Numbered from the stretch's first letter, positions 49,713-60,692 are shown. The stretch: DNA of 64,000 bases from an uncultured Armatimonadetes bacterium (GCA_963716175.1 OY970296.1:1248001-1312000), one strand, 5' to 3'. Numbers and translations: made by a program. The notes: generated by a model not told the origin, from the letters alone.

Positions 49713-49738
49713 GGCAGGAGCTACCGCTCCTGCCCAAC
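49713..49738 (-). repeat. GTTG-REP hairpin
   Basis: ggcaggagctaccgctcctgcccaac, between convergent genes. Confidence 0.7.
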
Positions 49739-49740
49739 AG

Positions 49741-50601
49741 TCAGAACGGCCAGTGATCCTGAAGCGCGCTCCGCGGGATCACGGCGCGGCAGGTCTTCTT
49801 CGGGTTGACGATCTGGGAGATGAGGAGGTCGCCCGCGGTGGAGAGCAGGCGGCGGGCCTCCACGTCGGAGATGCCAAGCAGCCGTGTCAGCAGCTTCGCC
49901 ATCTCGCCCACCGCTTGCCAGGCGGCCTCGTCCAGGGTATCCGCGGAGGCGAGCAGCATCAGCTGATCATCGCGTACCAGGTAGGGCGAAGTGGAGAGGG
50001 GGTTGGCTACCCGGCGGACGGAGAGCGTGACCTCGGCCGCGCACTCGATCCCAGTGCCGCCGCACTCGCCATCCCCCTGCAGGGCGTGCACATCCCCGAG
50101 CGCGAGCAGCGCGCCGGAGACCGCGACCGGGAGGAAGAGGGTGGCGCCGGCGCGCACGTCAATGGTGTCCAGGTTGCCGCCATGCTCGCCGGGGGTGGTG
50201 GTGGGCACCGGGTCGCCGGCCGGAGCCAGGCCGATCACCCCGATCACCGGCTCCACCGGCAGCCGCAGTCCCCAGGGATAGATCGCGACGCCATCCTTGA
50301 GTTCGACGACGGTGAAGCGCTCGCTATCACCCCCTCCGCCGATGAAGCCCCAGTCGGCCGGCCGCACCTCGTGGATGGTGATGGCCAGCGCCTCACCGGG
50401 CTGACTGCCCTTAACCTCAATGGGACCGGTGGCGGGATTGGCATAGGCGCGGGTGCCGCGGAGGGCGCCATCCCGGCCCACCAAACCTCCGTGGCAATCC
50501 AGAGTCTCGACCAGAACGGCCTCGCCTTCGTCAATCTGGTACACCGGCGGATGGTGTCGGCTCAACTCGCCGATGAAGTGGTCACTGGTTAGTCGTTGCA
50601 T
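49741..50601 (-). CDS. Acetamidase/formamidase family protein
   Basis: NPATGPI, P.IGVIG.AP, HGGNLD, GDVHALQGDGE. Confidence 0.9.
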   Translation of the reverse strand: MQRLTSDHFIGELSRHHPPVYQIDEGEAVLVETLDCHGGLVGRDGALRGTRAYANPATGPIEVKGSQPGEALAITIHEVRPADWGFIGGGGDSERFTVVELKDGVAIYPWGLRLPVEPVIGVIGLAPAGDPVPTTTPGEHGGNLDTIDVRAGATLFLPVAVSGALLALGDVHALQGDGECGGTGIECAAEVTLSVRRVANPLSTSPYLVRDDQLMLLASADTLDEAAWQAVGEMAKLLTRLLGISDVEARRLLSTAGDLLISQIVNPKKTCRAVIPRSALQDHWPF

Positions 50602-50625
50602 GAGGACTGCCTCCCTAGTTGCACG

Positions 50626-50673
50626 GGGCAGGAGGCAAGCTCCTGCCCAACGCAGCAGGCCGGTCCGCCCTAC
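50626..50673 (-). repeat. REP pair (GTTG hairpin plus partial GTAG REP)
   Basis: gggcaggaggcaagctcctgcccaac; ccgccctac overlaps the upstream gene's stop. Confidence 0.65.
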
Positions 50674-52586
50674 TCCCACGTGGGCACGGAAATCTCGGCC
50701 CGGTAATCGCTCATGTTGTAGTGAGGCTGACGGCGAGGGCGGTAGAGGCGGCCCTCGGGCGGCGGCGTGTCCTGGGTGTAGATCCAGATGCGATCCAGGT
50801 CCCAGAGCAGGACCTCATCCCGCGGATCGCCGGTGAGATCGAGCGCCTCGGCGCAAAGGGTGGGGTGCCCATCGTCGGGGAAGGCGACCGCCCGGCGGAG
50901 GTGACCGTCCAGCATCCCGCCCAGTCGCAGGCTGCCTGAGGCCAGCAGGAGCTCCAGGCCATCGCCGCGCCAGTTGACCGGAGAGAGCACCGCGCCCCCA
51001 CCGGAGAGCTCGATAGAGTCGAGCATGTGGCCCTTGGCGTCATAGACGCAGATGATGTCCGGATTTCCCCAGAAGGTCTTGGTGATCACCTGGAGGCCGG
51101 GCACATCGTCTCTCACCCGGGCTGCGGTGAGGCGCTGCACGTGGCCGGTGCGATCGCGCCAACGGATGCGGCCCTGCGGATCGCAGGCCACCGTGCCTCC
51201 ATCGCCACAGGCGAGGGCGATCGAGGGCTCGGCGTCATCCAGGTCCAGAGGCGCGATGGCAATCGCGTCCTGGTGATCCTCCACCTCGATGCGCCAGAGC
51301 ACCGTGCCGTCATGGTCTACCAGGGCATACCCAATCATGACCTCATCCCGGCCATCCCCGTCGAGGTCGGCCACTGCGGGGAAGTGGCCGGTGTTGCCGT
51401 GGAACCGCCAGAGGGGCTGGAGGCGATCATCGTAGGCCCAGAGATTGCTGTAGCGATCCTTGATCAGCAGGTCGCGTCGGGCGCCCAGGCCCCTGAGGTC
51501 GGCGAAGCAGATGCAATCTCCGGGGATGCGAAAGAGGTCATCCTCGCGCAGCCAGGTGGCCATCGGGCCGGGCTCGGGGGTGGGCGCGGCGTACTTGAGC
51601 CGGCCGGTGTTCCCCTCCAGCACACAGATCTCGAAGTTGCGGCAGCAGATCACCTCGGCCTGGCCGTCACCGTCGAAGTCGTGAATCTGGAAGCAGAGGT
51701 CCGCGGGGATGATGCCATGAGCGCGGTTGGGCTCACCCCATTGCCAGAGTACCTGCCCGTCGAGGTCAATGGCGGTGAGGCAGCTCAAGCAAGCGAAATC
51801 GCCGCCGCCGAGCATGTCCGTGTATTGGGCGAGCACAATCTCCAGGCGTCCGTCGCCATTCACGTCGCCGAAGCGGAGATGGCGCCCGGTGCCGAACTCG
51901 GGGGTTTCGATCTGGCGCCAGAGGCGAGGTCGGGGCTGCCCGGGCAGGTCTTGGGGCAGGCCGGCGGCCTGCCCTGCCGCGTCAGCCTCCGCTTCGACGC
52001 GGGCGAAGCGCGCCGGGCCGGTGGCGAGCAGGCCAATCCGTCCCCGACTGAGGGCGTGATCCTCGACCGCGAAGAGCGCGCTGCCATCGAGGGAGGCGCG
52101 CAGGCGGCCGCCCTGGGCCTCCAGCCTCAGGAGATGGTAGCGGCCGCAATCAGGCTGCCATTGGGCCTGGGCGAGGACCGCCCTGTCTTCATGCTGGCGG
52201 CGCACCAGGCGCACCAGGCCATCACCGCCGATGCGAAGCGAGTAGTGGGTGCGGTTGTTCCGGTAGCGAAGCGCGATCCCGGCCTCGCTGTGGCGAGAGA
52301 GCAGGCGCACTTCGGCCTCCAGGGCCAGGTCGCGCCACCCGGAATCCCCCGCGGCCAACATCGGCATGCCCTCCCGGCGCAGGCGGGCTTGCTGCATCAC
52401 CCGGCGGCCGCCATCCTCCACCACCTGCCAGTTGCCGAGGTGCCCCCAGCTGGTGTGATTCGTGGTCTCCACCCATCCGCCTGGCAGCTCCGGCAGATCC
52501 AGACAGTGGTACTCGCCCACCGCGCTGTAGTCGTAGGGCAGATCGCCAAGCTTGAACTGCTGGAAGTGATCATGGAAAACCCTCAT
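50670..52586 (-). CDS. DUF1080-like domain + FG-GAP beta-propeller (PL11 rhamnogalacturonan-lyase-like)
   Basis: repeated D.[ND]GDG..E Ca-binding loops, GNTGH, DHQD; start could be 52649. Confidence 0.7.
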   Translation of the reverse strand: MRVFHDHFQQFKLGDLPYDYSAVGEYHCLDLPELPGGWVETTNHTSWGHLGNWQVVEDGGRRVMQQARLRREGMPMLAAGDSGWRDLALEAEVRLLSRHSEAGIALRYRNNRTHYSLRIGGDGLVRLVRRQHEDRAVLAQAQWQPDCGRYHLLRLEAQGGRLRASLDGSALFAVEDHALSRGRIGLLATGPARFARVEAEADAAGQAAGLPQDLPGQPRPRLWRQIETPEFGTGRHLRFGDVNGDGRLEIVLAQYTDMLGGGDFACLSCLTAIDLDGQVLWQWGEPNRAHGIIPADLCFQIHDFDGDGQAEVICCRNFEICVLEGNTGRLKYAAPTPEPGPMATWLREDDLFRIPGDCICFADLRGLGARRDLLIKDRYSNLWAYDDRLQPLWRFHGNTGHFPAVADLDGDGRDEVMIGYALVDHDGTVLWRIEVEDHQDAIAIAPLDLDDAEPSIALACGDGGTVACDPQGRIRWRDRTGHVQRLTAARVRDDVPGLQVITKTFWGNPDIICVYDAKGHMLDSIELSGGGAVLSPVNWRGDGLELLLASGSLRLGGMLDGHLRRAVAFPDDGHPTLCAEALDLTGDPRDEVLLWDLDRIWIYTQDTPPPEGRLYRPRRQPHYNMSDYRAEISVPTWE

Positions 52587-52634
52587 CGGCGCGGTCCTAT
52601 TCAGCCATTCATCAGGCCCTACCCCGGCACGGGC

Positions 52635-52764
52635 TAGAGCGCATTTCATAACCTACCGGCTGGCTGGCCGCACCACGCCCTCGCATGAAATGCGCCGGCC
52701 ACGGCCTGACGTTGCGCAGTGCTGTTTCATAACCTCCCCTGGGAAGGTTATGAAACAGCTTCTA
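52635..52764. mobile_element. MITE-like element with imperfect 20-bp terminal inverted repeats
   Basis: TAGAGCGCATTTCATAACCT vs revcomp TAGAAGCTGTTTCATAACCT (15/20); internal 15-bp hairpin 52721-52759. Confidence 0.5.
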
Positions 52765-52865
52765 ACGAGCTTCGCCGAATGAAGTAACACGGCGAAGCTC
52801 AAGAGGCGGCCCAGACGGGCACAGGGCGATGTTCGCACATTACTTCGTTGTGCGAACATCATTAG
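52762..52865. repeat. Inverted pair of CTAA-led hairpins with GAAGTAA loop
   Basis: stems 52767-52800 and 52828-52860. Confidence 0.75.
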
Positions 52866-54386
52866 TCAGGCCACATCCTCGAGTCGCCGCAAGGCCTCCT
52901 GGGCCTCCTCGAAGCCCGGGGACAATTGGAGGGCGCGGGCAAAGCTGGCGCGGGCAGAGGCGAGGTCGCGGCGCGACTCCTGGATCAGGCCCAGGTTGTA
53001 GCGGAATTCGGCGGCCTCGGGGAGCAAGCGCACCGCCTGCTGGGCCGGCCCCAGGGCGGCGTCATAGTCGCCGCCCGAGTAGAGGGCCATGGCGAGAGCG
53101 TCGTGGGCCTCTGCATTTTCCGGGTCGAGGCCACAGGCGCGCCGAGCCGCCCGCGCCGCACCTGCGAGGTCGCGGCCCTGGGAAGTCAGGGCGCGCGAGA
53201 GACCCAGGCAGAGCTCGCAGTCCTGCTGACCCAGCTCCCAGGCGTCGGCCATGGCGTGCTCGGCCTCCACCGGCTGGCCGGCTGCCTCCAGCGCCAGGCC
53301 CAAGTTGTAATGGACCCAGGGATCACCGGGAGCAAGCCGGGCTCCGCTGCGATAGTGCTCGGCCGAGGTCTCATAGAGGCCGAGCCCATAGTAGGCGAGG
53401 CCCAGCCCGCTGCAGGCCTCGGCGCTGTCCGGGCAGATGCGCTGCGCCGTCTGGTAGGCCTCGAGGGCTTCGTGGTGACGGCCCAGCTCGAGACAGGCGC
53501 GGCCGCGCTCGACCCAGATGTCGGAGTCGCTCGGGTCGAGCTGACCGGCCACTTCAAAGGCTGCGATCGCGGCCTCGTGATCGCCCAGCTCTCCGTAGGC
53601 CAGCCCGAGGTTGAAGCGAGCCACGGGATGGGTGGGGTCGAGAGAAAGCGCGTGCCGGTAGGAGCGGATGGCCTCAGGCACTTCGCCCAGCCCGCGGAGG
53701 GCGTTGCCCAGCTCGCAGGCGGCGGCGGCCCGGCCCTCCTCGTCCTCCTCCGGGTAGTGTTGCAGCGCTCGCTCCAGGTAGTGGCGCGCTCGCCGGCAAT
53801 CACCCTGGGCGCTGTGGATTTGCCCGGCGGCGTAAAGCGCCTCATGCCACTCCGGCGCCAGCTCGCAGGCGCGCTCGAACTCGTGCCGGGCGCGGCCGCG
53901 ATCGCTGAGCTGCTGGCTGGCCCAGCCCAGCCAGAGGCGGCAGTAAGCTTCGTCGCTACCCAAGGCCAGAGCGCGCTGGTACGCCTCCGCCGCCTGCTGG
54001 AACTCGCCTATCATGTAGTAAGCATCCCCGAGGTCGCGGTGCAAGCATGCGCTTAGCAGGACAGAGCCGCCCTGATTCTCTCTCACCCCCACCTGATAGT
54101 GGCCAATCGCCTCCTGGTATTGGCCCTGCAGGAACAGGACTTCGCCGAGCACGCGCCGGACCGCCGGGTCGGCAGCGGAGATCTCGACCGCCCGCTGCGC
54201 TAACCTCGTGGCCTCCTCCGTGGGCCCTTGCTGTGCCAGGGCCCAGGCCAGGGAAGTGAGCGCTTCCACGGAATCGGGGGCGAAGGCGAGAGCCTGGCGC
54301 CAGGCGAGCATGGCCTGCTCGCGCTGGCCGCTCTCCCACAGCGTCTTGCCGCGCTGATTGTCGCGATCGGCGTCAAGGGACTTCAT
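52866..54386 (-). CDS. Tetratricopeptide repeat protein
   Basis: many TPR repeats (A...Y..AL.L.P, NLG). Confidence 0.9.
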   Translation of the reverse strand: MKSLDADRDNQRGKTLWESGQREQAMLAWRQALAFAPDSVEALTSLAWALAQQGPTEEATRLAQRAVEISAADPAVRRVLGEVLFLQGQYQEAIGHYQVGVRENQGGSVLLSACLHRDLGDAYYMIGEFQQAAEAYQRALALGSDEAYCRLWLGWASQQLSDRGRARHEFERACELAPEWHEALYAAGQIHSAQGDCRRARHYLERALQHYPEEDEEGRAAAACELGNALRGLGEVPEAIRSYRHALSLDPTHPVARFNLGLAYGELGDHEAAIAAFEVAGQLDPSDSDIWVERGRACLELGRHHEALEAYQTAQRICPDSAEACSGLGLAYYGLGLYETSAEHYRSGARLAPGDPWVHYNLGLALEAAGQPVEAEHAMADAWELGQQDCELCLGLSRALTSQGRDLAGAARAARRACGLDPENAEAHDALAMALYSGGDYDAALGPAQQAVRLLPEAAEFRYNLGLIQESRRDLASARASFARALQLSPGFEEAQEALRRLEDVA

Positions 54387-54499
54387 AGCAGATCAAGTCG
54401 CCCGGCATTAGGCTTCGCCCCCACGATTCAGCAGTCCTCTCCGCGCGGCGGGGCATCTGGCAGGAGCAAGCGCGACGGCGGCGGAACTACGCCAGCACC

Positions 54500-55339
54500 A
54501 TGCTGGAGGGTCACCTTTCCCTGGCGGAGATCGAGCGCCTCCGCGGCTGTCTCTGGCGGACCGATCCGGATCGCCAGATCCGGGACGAGCAAGGCGCCCT
54601 GCGCTTGATCCGCGAGCTCGGGTTCCTGCTGCTGATGCCCATCGCGGGGGCGGAGTTGCCCAGCATCCATCGGGCGACGCGGGACGATTGGTCATGGTGG
54701 GACTGGAAGCAGACTCTGCCCGGCCGCAAAGCCTGCTACTACGCCAAAGTGCTGCGCCACCGCGGCACCTTCATCTCATGGCCCTGGTTCTCTCGGTTTC
54801 GAGCTGCGCTGGGAGACCGCCGCTCCTATCACCAGCTCTACCGGGAGGGCCTGCTCGACCGCGCCGAGAAGCAGCTCCTGGACCTGCTGGCCGAGCACGG
54901 GCCCATGATGACGGGCGAGCTCCGCCTCGCCTTCGGCCCCCGCAGCAAACAGAACACGCGGCGGGTCAAGAGCATACTCGTAAGCCTCCAGAGGCGGTTC
55001 CTGATCACCACGGCAGGGGGCGACACCGAGGGCTGGAGCCATCACCGCTGGGATCTGGTGGAGCGGTGGGTGCGGGCCAATCTGCTGGCCGAGGCGGACC
55101 GCATCGCGCGCTCCACGGCGCGGGAGCAACTGCTGGTCAAGTGCGTCCAGAACGTGGTAGCCACGACGCCGGCGGACGTCGCCTGGCTGTTTGGATGGGA
55201 GCGCCCAGAGGTAGAGGCGATGGTGGGGAAGCTGACGGCCGCGGGCAAGCTGGGGAGGGCGGTGGCCCCGGAGCTGGAGGGGGAGGTGATCGTGCCTAAC
55301 CCCTGGCCAGGGAAAGGGCGGGGACGCAGGGCGCGATGA
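54500..55339 (+). CDS. AlkZ/YcaQ-related winged-helix protein
   Basis: W.WK..LP....YYAK...RGTFIS; LQRRFLI; W.LVE.W. Confidence 0.6.
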   Translation: MLEGHLSLAEIERLRGCLWRTDPDRQIRDEQGALRLIRELGFLLLMPIAGAELPSIHRATRDDWSWWDWKQTLPGRKACYYAKVLRHRGTFISWPWFSRFRAALGDRRSYHQLYREGLLDRAEKQLLDLLAEHGPMMTGELRLAFGPRSKQNTRRVKSILVSLQRRFLITTAGGDTEGWSHHRWDLVERWVRANLLAEADRIARSTAREQLLVKCVQNVVATTPADVAWLFGWERPEVEAMVGKLTAAGKLGRAVAPELEGEVIVPNPWPGKGRGRRAR

Positions 55340-56172
55340 GTGAAGACAGCCACACGGGCGCGAGGCCGCTGAGTCCTCTGGGACTCGCCGTCAGGTTCTA
55401 CCTCGGACTGGGTGCGCCCGCGAAGCGGGGGAGCTTCGCGAGGTGCCTCCTCCGCGCGGCGCCGGCCTATCCGTTGGAACTGGTGCAGGCGCTGGTGTCA
55501 CGTTACCGCGGGGCCAGCGATGCGCCTGAAGGTGCGGTCCAGGTCATCAACTTCCGCTGCGCCCGGATCAGGCCTGCCGGGTGCGATGGGGCCTTCTTCG
55601 TCAAGGAGTTCCCTAGGCACCACGCCCTGCATGATGTGGAGCGGTGGCTGCGCTGTTCTCGCGTGGACCGCGCCTGGCGCGCCGGGCACCTGCTGCCCAG
55701 GCTGGGAGTGCTGACGCCGCGGCCGGTGGGAACGGCACAGGCGCGCCTCGAGACGAGGGCCGTGGCCGAGTATCTGATCACCGAGTGGCTGGAGGGCGCG
55801 GCTCCGTTCCCGCAGTTGCTGAAGGGGGCAGGGGCCGAGCGGCGCGCGGTGCTGCTACAGGAGTTCGCGCGAGAGATGGCGCGCTGGCATAGCTGCGGCA
55901 TCTACCTCCGCGACCTGGTGAAGAATGTGCTGGTGACGGAGGCGGAGGAGGGAAGAGGTTACTGGCTGACCGATCTCGACGGTCTGCATCCACTCCGCCG
56001 CGTGACGCGCCGGCGGGTGCTACAGCAGATGCGCCAGCTCGGACACTGGGCGAAGCCCCTGCGGCGGGAGGAGGCGAAGATGACCGCCGAGACCTATCTC
56101 GGCGAGGCGCACGGAGACGGAGCAGAGGAGATCGTGCAGGCGCTGCTGTTGCCGTCCGCGGCAGCGGATTGA
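55336..56172 (+). CDS. LPS kinase (Kdo/WaaP/InaA)-like protein
   Basis: FFVK, GVLTPRP, LITE, H..GIY.RDL..NVL, LTDLD. Confidence 0.7.
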   Translation: MSEDSHTGARPLSPLGLAVRFYLGLGAPAKRGSFARCLLRAAPAYPLELVQALVSRYRGASDAPEGAVQVINFRCARIRPAGCDGAFFVKEFPRHHALHDVERWLRCSRVDRAWRAGHLLPRLGVLTPRPVGTAQARLETRAVAEYLITEWLEGAAPFPQLLKGAGAERRAVLLQEFAREMARWHSCGIYLRDLVKNVLVTEAEEGRGYWLTDLDGLHPLRRVTRRRVLQQMRQLGHWAKPLRREEAKMTAETYLGEAHGDGAEEIVQALLLPSAAAD

Positions 56173-56226
56173 CCTGGTTCCCGGCGCCTGCTACCATACC
56201 GAACCAACCGCGGCAGGGAGGTAGTG

Positions 56227-57159
56227 ATGCAAGACCCAATCGAGGCGTACTGCCACGTGGGTATCGTGCACCCGATGGCATTCCCCGAGGTGGCGGCAGG
56301 CGAGGGGCCCATCCTTGACACTCTCACCCAGATCGCGACCGACCCGTTCTTCTCGGCCGTCGAGGTGACCGCGATGAAGGACCGCAAGCTGCGCGCAGAG
56401 GCCGCCAGCTTGCTGGCCACCGCGGGCCTGGACGTAGTCTTTGCGGCGCAGCCGCCCCTGCTGCGGGAGCGGCTCAGCCTGTGCGATGCGAGCGCGGCCG
56501 CCCGCGAGAAGGCGGTTGCCCGCGGCAAGGAGCTGATTGACCAGGCCTACGAGCTGGGCGCCACCATCCTGGCCGTGGTCAGCGGACCTGATCCGGGTGA
56601 ACCCGGCCGGGCGAAAGCGACCGAGGCCTTGATCGCATCTCTGAAAGCGCTGTGCGCGGACGCGCAGCAGAAGGCCGGCGAGAGTATGCTGTCCATCTCT
56701 CTGGAGAACTTCGACCGCGGCATTGACAAGAAGGCGCTGATCGGCCCCACCAAGGAGGCGGCCCAGGTGGCGGAGGCGGTATACTCGGAGTACAGCAACT
56801 TCGGCCTCACCATTGACCTCAGCCATCAACCGCTGCTGCGCGAGAGCGCGCACGACATGGTGCTGGCCGCGGTGGACCACCTGATTCACGTGCACGTGGG
56901 CAACTGCGTGGTCGCGGACAGCAAGCACCCGGCCTATGGTGATAAGCACCCCCGCTTCGGCGTGCCCGGCGGGGTGAATGGAGTGGAGGAGCTGAAGCGT
57001 TTCCTGGAGGCGTTGATCTACGCCGGCTACTTCAAGCGCAACACCCCGACCACGATGCCGGTGGTGAGCTTCGAGGTTCAGCCCCTGCCCGGCGAAAGCT
57101 CTGCGCTGGTGATCGCCAATGCCAAGCGGACGCTGATGCAGGCCTGGGCGCGAATGTAG
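56227..57159 (+). CDS. Sugar phosphate isomerase/epimerase (TIM barrel)
   Basis: LENFD, DLSH, HVHVGN, YGDKHPRFG, VSFEV. Confidence 0.85.
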   Translation: MQDPIEAYCHVGIVHPMAFPEVAAGEGPILDTLTQIATDPFFSAVEVTAMKDRKLRAEAASLLATAGLDVVFAAQPPLLRERLSLCDASAAAREKAVARGKELIDQAYELGATILAVVSGPDPGEPGRAKATEALIASLKALCADAQQKAGESMLSISLENFDRGIDKKALIGPTKEAAQVAEAVYSEYSNFGLTIDLSHQPLLRESAHDMVLAAVDHLIHVHVGNCVVADSKHPAYGDKHPRFGVPGGVNGVEELKRFLEALIYAGYFKRNTPTTMPVVSFEVQPLPGESSALVIANAKRTLMQAWARM

Positions 57160-57187
57160 CTAGTGGAAGGCGGTGGGTCCGGTGAAT

Positions 57188-57219
57188 TCGAGGGGGGAGG
57201 GAGGACCCTCCCCCCTCGA
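57188..57219. repeat. GC-rich hairpin in an intergenic region
   Basis: tcgaggggggaggg...ccctccccccctcga. Confidence 0.55.
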
Positions 57220-57412
57220 TTCTTCCCCTCCCCCTCGGTCGGGCGGTGGAATGAGACGAGGCCGACGAGGATTTCGGGTGGCCTCGCCGAACACCGTGTA
57301 GGCGTTCTCTGTGGGGTTCCCAGGCTCGCGGCCGTTTCCGCTGGCAGGTATGCCTCCCCCCCGGCAGTCTCGTGAGGGCTTGTCCGCCGGCCGTGTGGAG
57401 GATTGACTATTG

Positions 57413-58393
57413 ATGAGCAAGGTCTACATCACACGCCCTCTGGCGGAAGAGGCGATGGCGATGGTGCGCGCGGCCGCCGAAGTGCGGATGTGGCCGGAGC
57501 CGGAGGCCCCGCCGCCGCGGGAGGTGATCTTGCGGGAGGTGCAGGAAGCAGATGGGCTGCTCTGTCTGCTCACGGACCAGATAGACGCGGCGGTGATGGA
57601 GGCGGGGAAGAAGCTGCGCGTGATCAGCAACTGCGCGGTGGGGTACGACAATATTGATGTGACGGCGGCCACCGCCCGCCGCATCCTGGTGTGCAATACG
57701 CCCGGCGTGCTGACCGAGACCACGGCCGACCTGGCCTGGGCCCTGATCATGGCCGTGGCGCGGCGGATCGCGGAGGCCGATCGCTACCTGCGGGCGGGGA
57801 GATGGCGGAGCTGGTCGCCGCAACTGCTGCTGGGCCAGGATGTCTGGGGGGCGACGCTCGGGATCATCGGGCTGGGGCGAATCGGGCAGGCGGTGGCGCG
57901 GCGGGCGAGGGGCTTCGAGATGCGAGTGCTGTACACCGATGTGACGCGTCGCACGCAGGCCGAGCAAGAGCTGGGCGCTGCGTTCGTTCCGCTGCCGGAA
58001 CTGCTGCGGCAGTCCGATTTCGTCTCGGTCCATACTCCGCTCACGGCGGAGACGCACCATCTGATCGGAGCGGCCGAGCTGGCGATGATGAAGCCGAGCG
58101 CGGTGCTGGTCAATACCTCGCGGGGGCCGGTGGTGGATGAGCGGGCGCTGGCGGAGGCGCTGGGCGAGGGCCGCATCTTCTCCGCGGGCCTGGATGTGTT
58201 CGAGGAGGAGCCGCTGCCCAAAGAGAGCCCGCTGCTCGGGATCGAGCGGGTCGTGCTGCTGCCGCACGTTGGCTCGGCCAGCGTCGCCACGCGCACCCGC
58301 ATGGCGCGCATGGCCGCGGAGAACCTGGTGGCCGGCCTGGCGGGCCGGCGACCACCCTATCTGGTGAATACGGAGGTGCTGCCATCATGTTGA
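57413..58393 (+). CDS. D-2-hydroxyacid dehydrogenase (glyoxylate reductase/D-glycerate dehydrogenase-like)
   Basis: [44 protein letters not shown]. Confidence 0.92.
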   Translation: MSKVYITRPLAEEAMAMVRAAAEVRMWPEPEAPPPREVILREVQEADGLLCLLTDQIDAAVMEAGKKLRVISNCAVGYDNIDVTAATARRILVCNTPGVLTETTADLAWALIMAVARRIAEADRYLRAGRWRSWSPQLLLGQDVWGATLGIIGLGRIGQAVARRARGFEMRVLYTDVTRRTQAEQELGAAFVPLPELLRQSDFVSVHTPLTAETHHLIGAAELAMMKPSAVLVNTSRGPVVDERALAEALGEGRIFSAGLDVFEEEPLPKESPLLGIERVVLLPHVGSASVATRTRMARMAAENLVAGLAGRRPPYLVNTEVLPSC

Positions 58394-59436
58394 TCTCTTA
58401 TGACCTGGGGAACTATGTGTTCGATCTGGGAGCCTTCCTCCCGATGGCGATCTTCGATCGCATCACTGAGGTGCGAGTGCGCCGGCCCCAGTTGATCCTG
58501 CAGGAGGCGGAGCGGCGCAAGCGCCGCAGCGACCTGGCGCCGGACGGGAGGCTGGTGCTGCTGGCCGCCGACCATCCGGCGCGCATGCTCACCGCGGTGG
58601 GCGAGAATCCCATCGCCATGGGTGACCGCTATCAGTATCTGGGGCGCATCCTGCGCATCATGAGCGTCCCGGGGGTGGATGGGGTGATCGCCACCACGGA
58701 TGTGATCGAAGACCTGCTGATCCTGCAGGCCCTGGTGCGCGAGGCGGGCGGGCCCAGCTTCCTGGACCAGCGCGTGCTGCTGGGCTCGATGAACCGCTCG
58801 GGGCTGGCGGGCTCGGCCTGGGAGACGGATGATCGGCTCACCTGCTTCACCGCGGACTCGCTGGAGGACCTCAACCTGGACGGCGGCAAAGTGGTGGTGC
58901 GCATCTGCCTGGAGGAGCCGGAGCTGACCAATCGCACCCTCTCCTATTGCGCCACCGCGATCTCGGGATGCAACGAGCGGGGCCTGCCGGTGTTCATCGA
59001 ACCCGTCCCGGTGAGCAAAGCCAGCGGCCATCTGCGGGTGAAGCGCACCGTGGTTGATATCGTGAAGATGATAGGGGTGGCCTCCGCCCTGGGTGATTCC
59101 TCCCGGGGTCTATGGCTGGAGATCCCCTATTGCGAGGGCTTCGACCGCGTCGCCCGGAGCACCGCGCTGCCCATCGTGGTAGTGGCCGGAGGCACTACCG
59201 ATGACCCCACCGCCATGCTCACCCAGTTCAGCGACGCGGTACGCGCGCGCCCCAATGTCCGGGGCGCGCTGGTGGGGCGGAGCGTGCTATTCCCGGGCGA
59301 CGATGACCCCATGTCCCTGGGGCTGGCGGTGAACGCGGTGTTCCGCGAGGGCCGGGATGTGGAGGGGGCGATTGATCGGTTGATGGCGAGCCGCAATCAG
59401 AGCTTCGACGCCATCACCAGATGGGTGACGAGATAG
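58387..59436 (+). CDS. Cgl0159-like class I aldolase-fold protein
   Basis: AADHPAR, GVDG..AT.D..EDL, GSMNR.GL.G..WE.DD, RGALVGR. Confidence 0.8.
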   Translation: MLISYDLGNYVFDLGAFLPMAIFDRITEVRVRRPQLILQEAERRKRRSDLAPDGRLVLLAADHPARMLTAVGENPIAMGDRYQYLGRILRIMSVPGVDGVIATTDVIEDLLILQALVREAGGPSFLDQRVLLGSMNRSGLAGSAWETDDRLTCFTADSLEDLNLDGGKVVVRICLEEPELTNRTLSYCATAISGCNERGLPVFIEPVPVSKASGHLRVKRTVVDIVKMIGVASALGDSSRGLWLEIPYCEGFDRVARSTALPIVVVAGGTTDDPTAMLTQFSDAVRARPNVRGALVGRSVLFPGDDDPMSLGLAVNAVFREGRDVEGAIDRLMASRNQSFDAITRWVTR

Positions 59437-59474
59437 CGCGTCGGGACAGAAACGTCCCTGCTAGGGAGGGGCAG

Positions 59475-60692
59475 ATGGCATTGGCCGGAAACCTGCTGGT
59501 TGGCCAATCAGGTGGTCCCACCGCGGTGATCAACGCCAGCCTGGCGGGGGTGATCGAGGAGGCGAAGCGGCATGCCGAGATCGCCGCTATCTATGGGGCG
59601 GCGAATGGGGTGGAGGGCCTGCTGAAGGAAGACCTGGTGGATCTGCGAGCAGAGTCGGCCGAGGCGCTGGCCCTGCTGGCGGCCACCCCCTCGGCCGCGC
59701 TGGGCTCCTGCCGCAAGAAGCTCAGCGCCGCCGACTACCAGCGCCTGGTGGCGATCTTCCAGGCTCACAATGTCCGCTACTTTCTCTACATCGGCGGCAA
59801 CGACTCGGCCGACACCAGCCACCGGGTGGGCCAGGCGGCAAAGGAGGCGGGGTGGGAGCTGCGGGTGATGGGTGTGCCCAAGACCATTGACAACGATCTT
59901 GCCTACACCGACCACTGCCCCGGCTACGGGAGCGTCGCCCGCTTCAACGCGATGGCCGTGCGCGACGCCGGGCTTGACACGGCGGCGATGTACAGCGTGG
60001 ACACGGTGAAGATCATCGAGACCATGGGCCGGAACGCGGGCTGGATCACGGCCTCCTCGGCGCTGGCGCGGGAGCGGCCCGGCGACTCTCCGCACCTCAT
60101 CTACCTGCCGGAGCGGCCCTTCGACCGGGAGCGATTCCTGGCTGATATCAAGCGGGAGGTGGCGAAGGGACGGGGCTGCGTGGTGGTGGCGTGTGAGGGG
60201 CTGCGGGATGCGGAGGGGAAGGTGCTGGTATCGTTCCAGCACGCGGTGGGGACCGACTCCTTCGGGCACAGCCAACTGGGCGGCGTCGCGGACTATCTGG
60301 TGAACCTGATCGCGGAGGAGCTGGGGATCAAGGCCCGCTTCGACAAGGCCGGCACCATCCAGCGCGTCTTCGGCCTGGCGCAATCCGAGGTGGATGTGGC
60401 GGAGGCGAGGATGGTGGGCGCGGCGGCGGTGGCGCAGGCCTGCCAGGGCGTGAGCGACCACATGGTCACCCTGGAGCGGGTGAGCCAGCAGCCCTACCGC
60501 TGCGAGACCTCCCTGGCGCGGCTGGAGGCAGTGGCGAACGCCGAGCGACCCATGCCGAACGAGTTCATCAGCGAAGCCAGCAACGATGTCACCCCGGCCT
60601 TCATCGCCTGGGCGCGGCCCCTGATCGGCGGCGAGCTGCCGCCCTATGCCAGGCTGAAGATGACCCCAGTGCCCAAGAAGACCGGGGGTTAG
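59475..60692 (+). CDS. Phosphofructokinase, probably PPi-dependent
   Basis: QSGGPT, GGNDS (Asp at the donor-specificity site), PKTIDND, ETMGR. Confidence 0.9.
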   Translation: MALAGNLLVGQSGGPTAVINASLAGVIEEAKRHAEIAAIYGAANGVEGLLKEDLVDLRAESAEALALLAATPSAALGSCRKKLSAADYQRLVAIFQAHNVRYFLYIGGNDSADTSHRVGQAAKEAGWELRVMGVPKTIDNDLAYTDHCPGYGSVARFNAMAVRDAGLDTAAMYSVDTVKIIETMGRNAGWITASSALARERPGDSPHLIYLPERPFDRERFLADIKREVAKGRGCVVVACEGLRDAEGKVLVSFQHAVGTDSFGHSQLGGVADYLVNLIAEELGIKARFDKAGTIQRVFGLAQSEVDVAEARMVGAAAVAQACQGVSDHMVTLERVSQQPYRCETSLARLEAVANAERPMPNEFISEASNDVTPAFIAWARPLIGGELPPYARLKMTPVPKKTGG

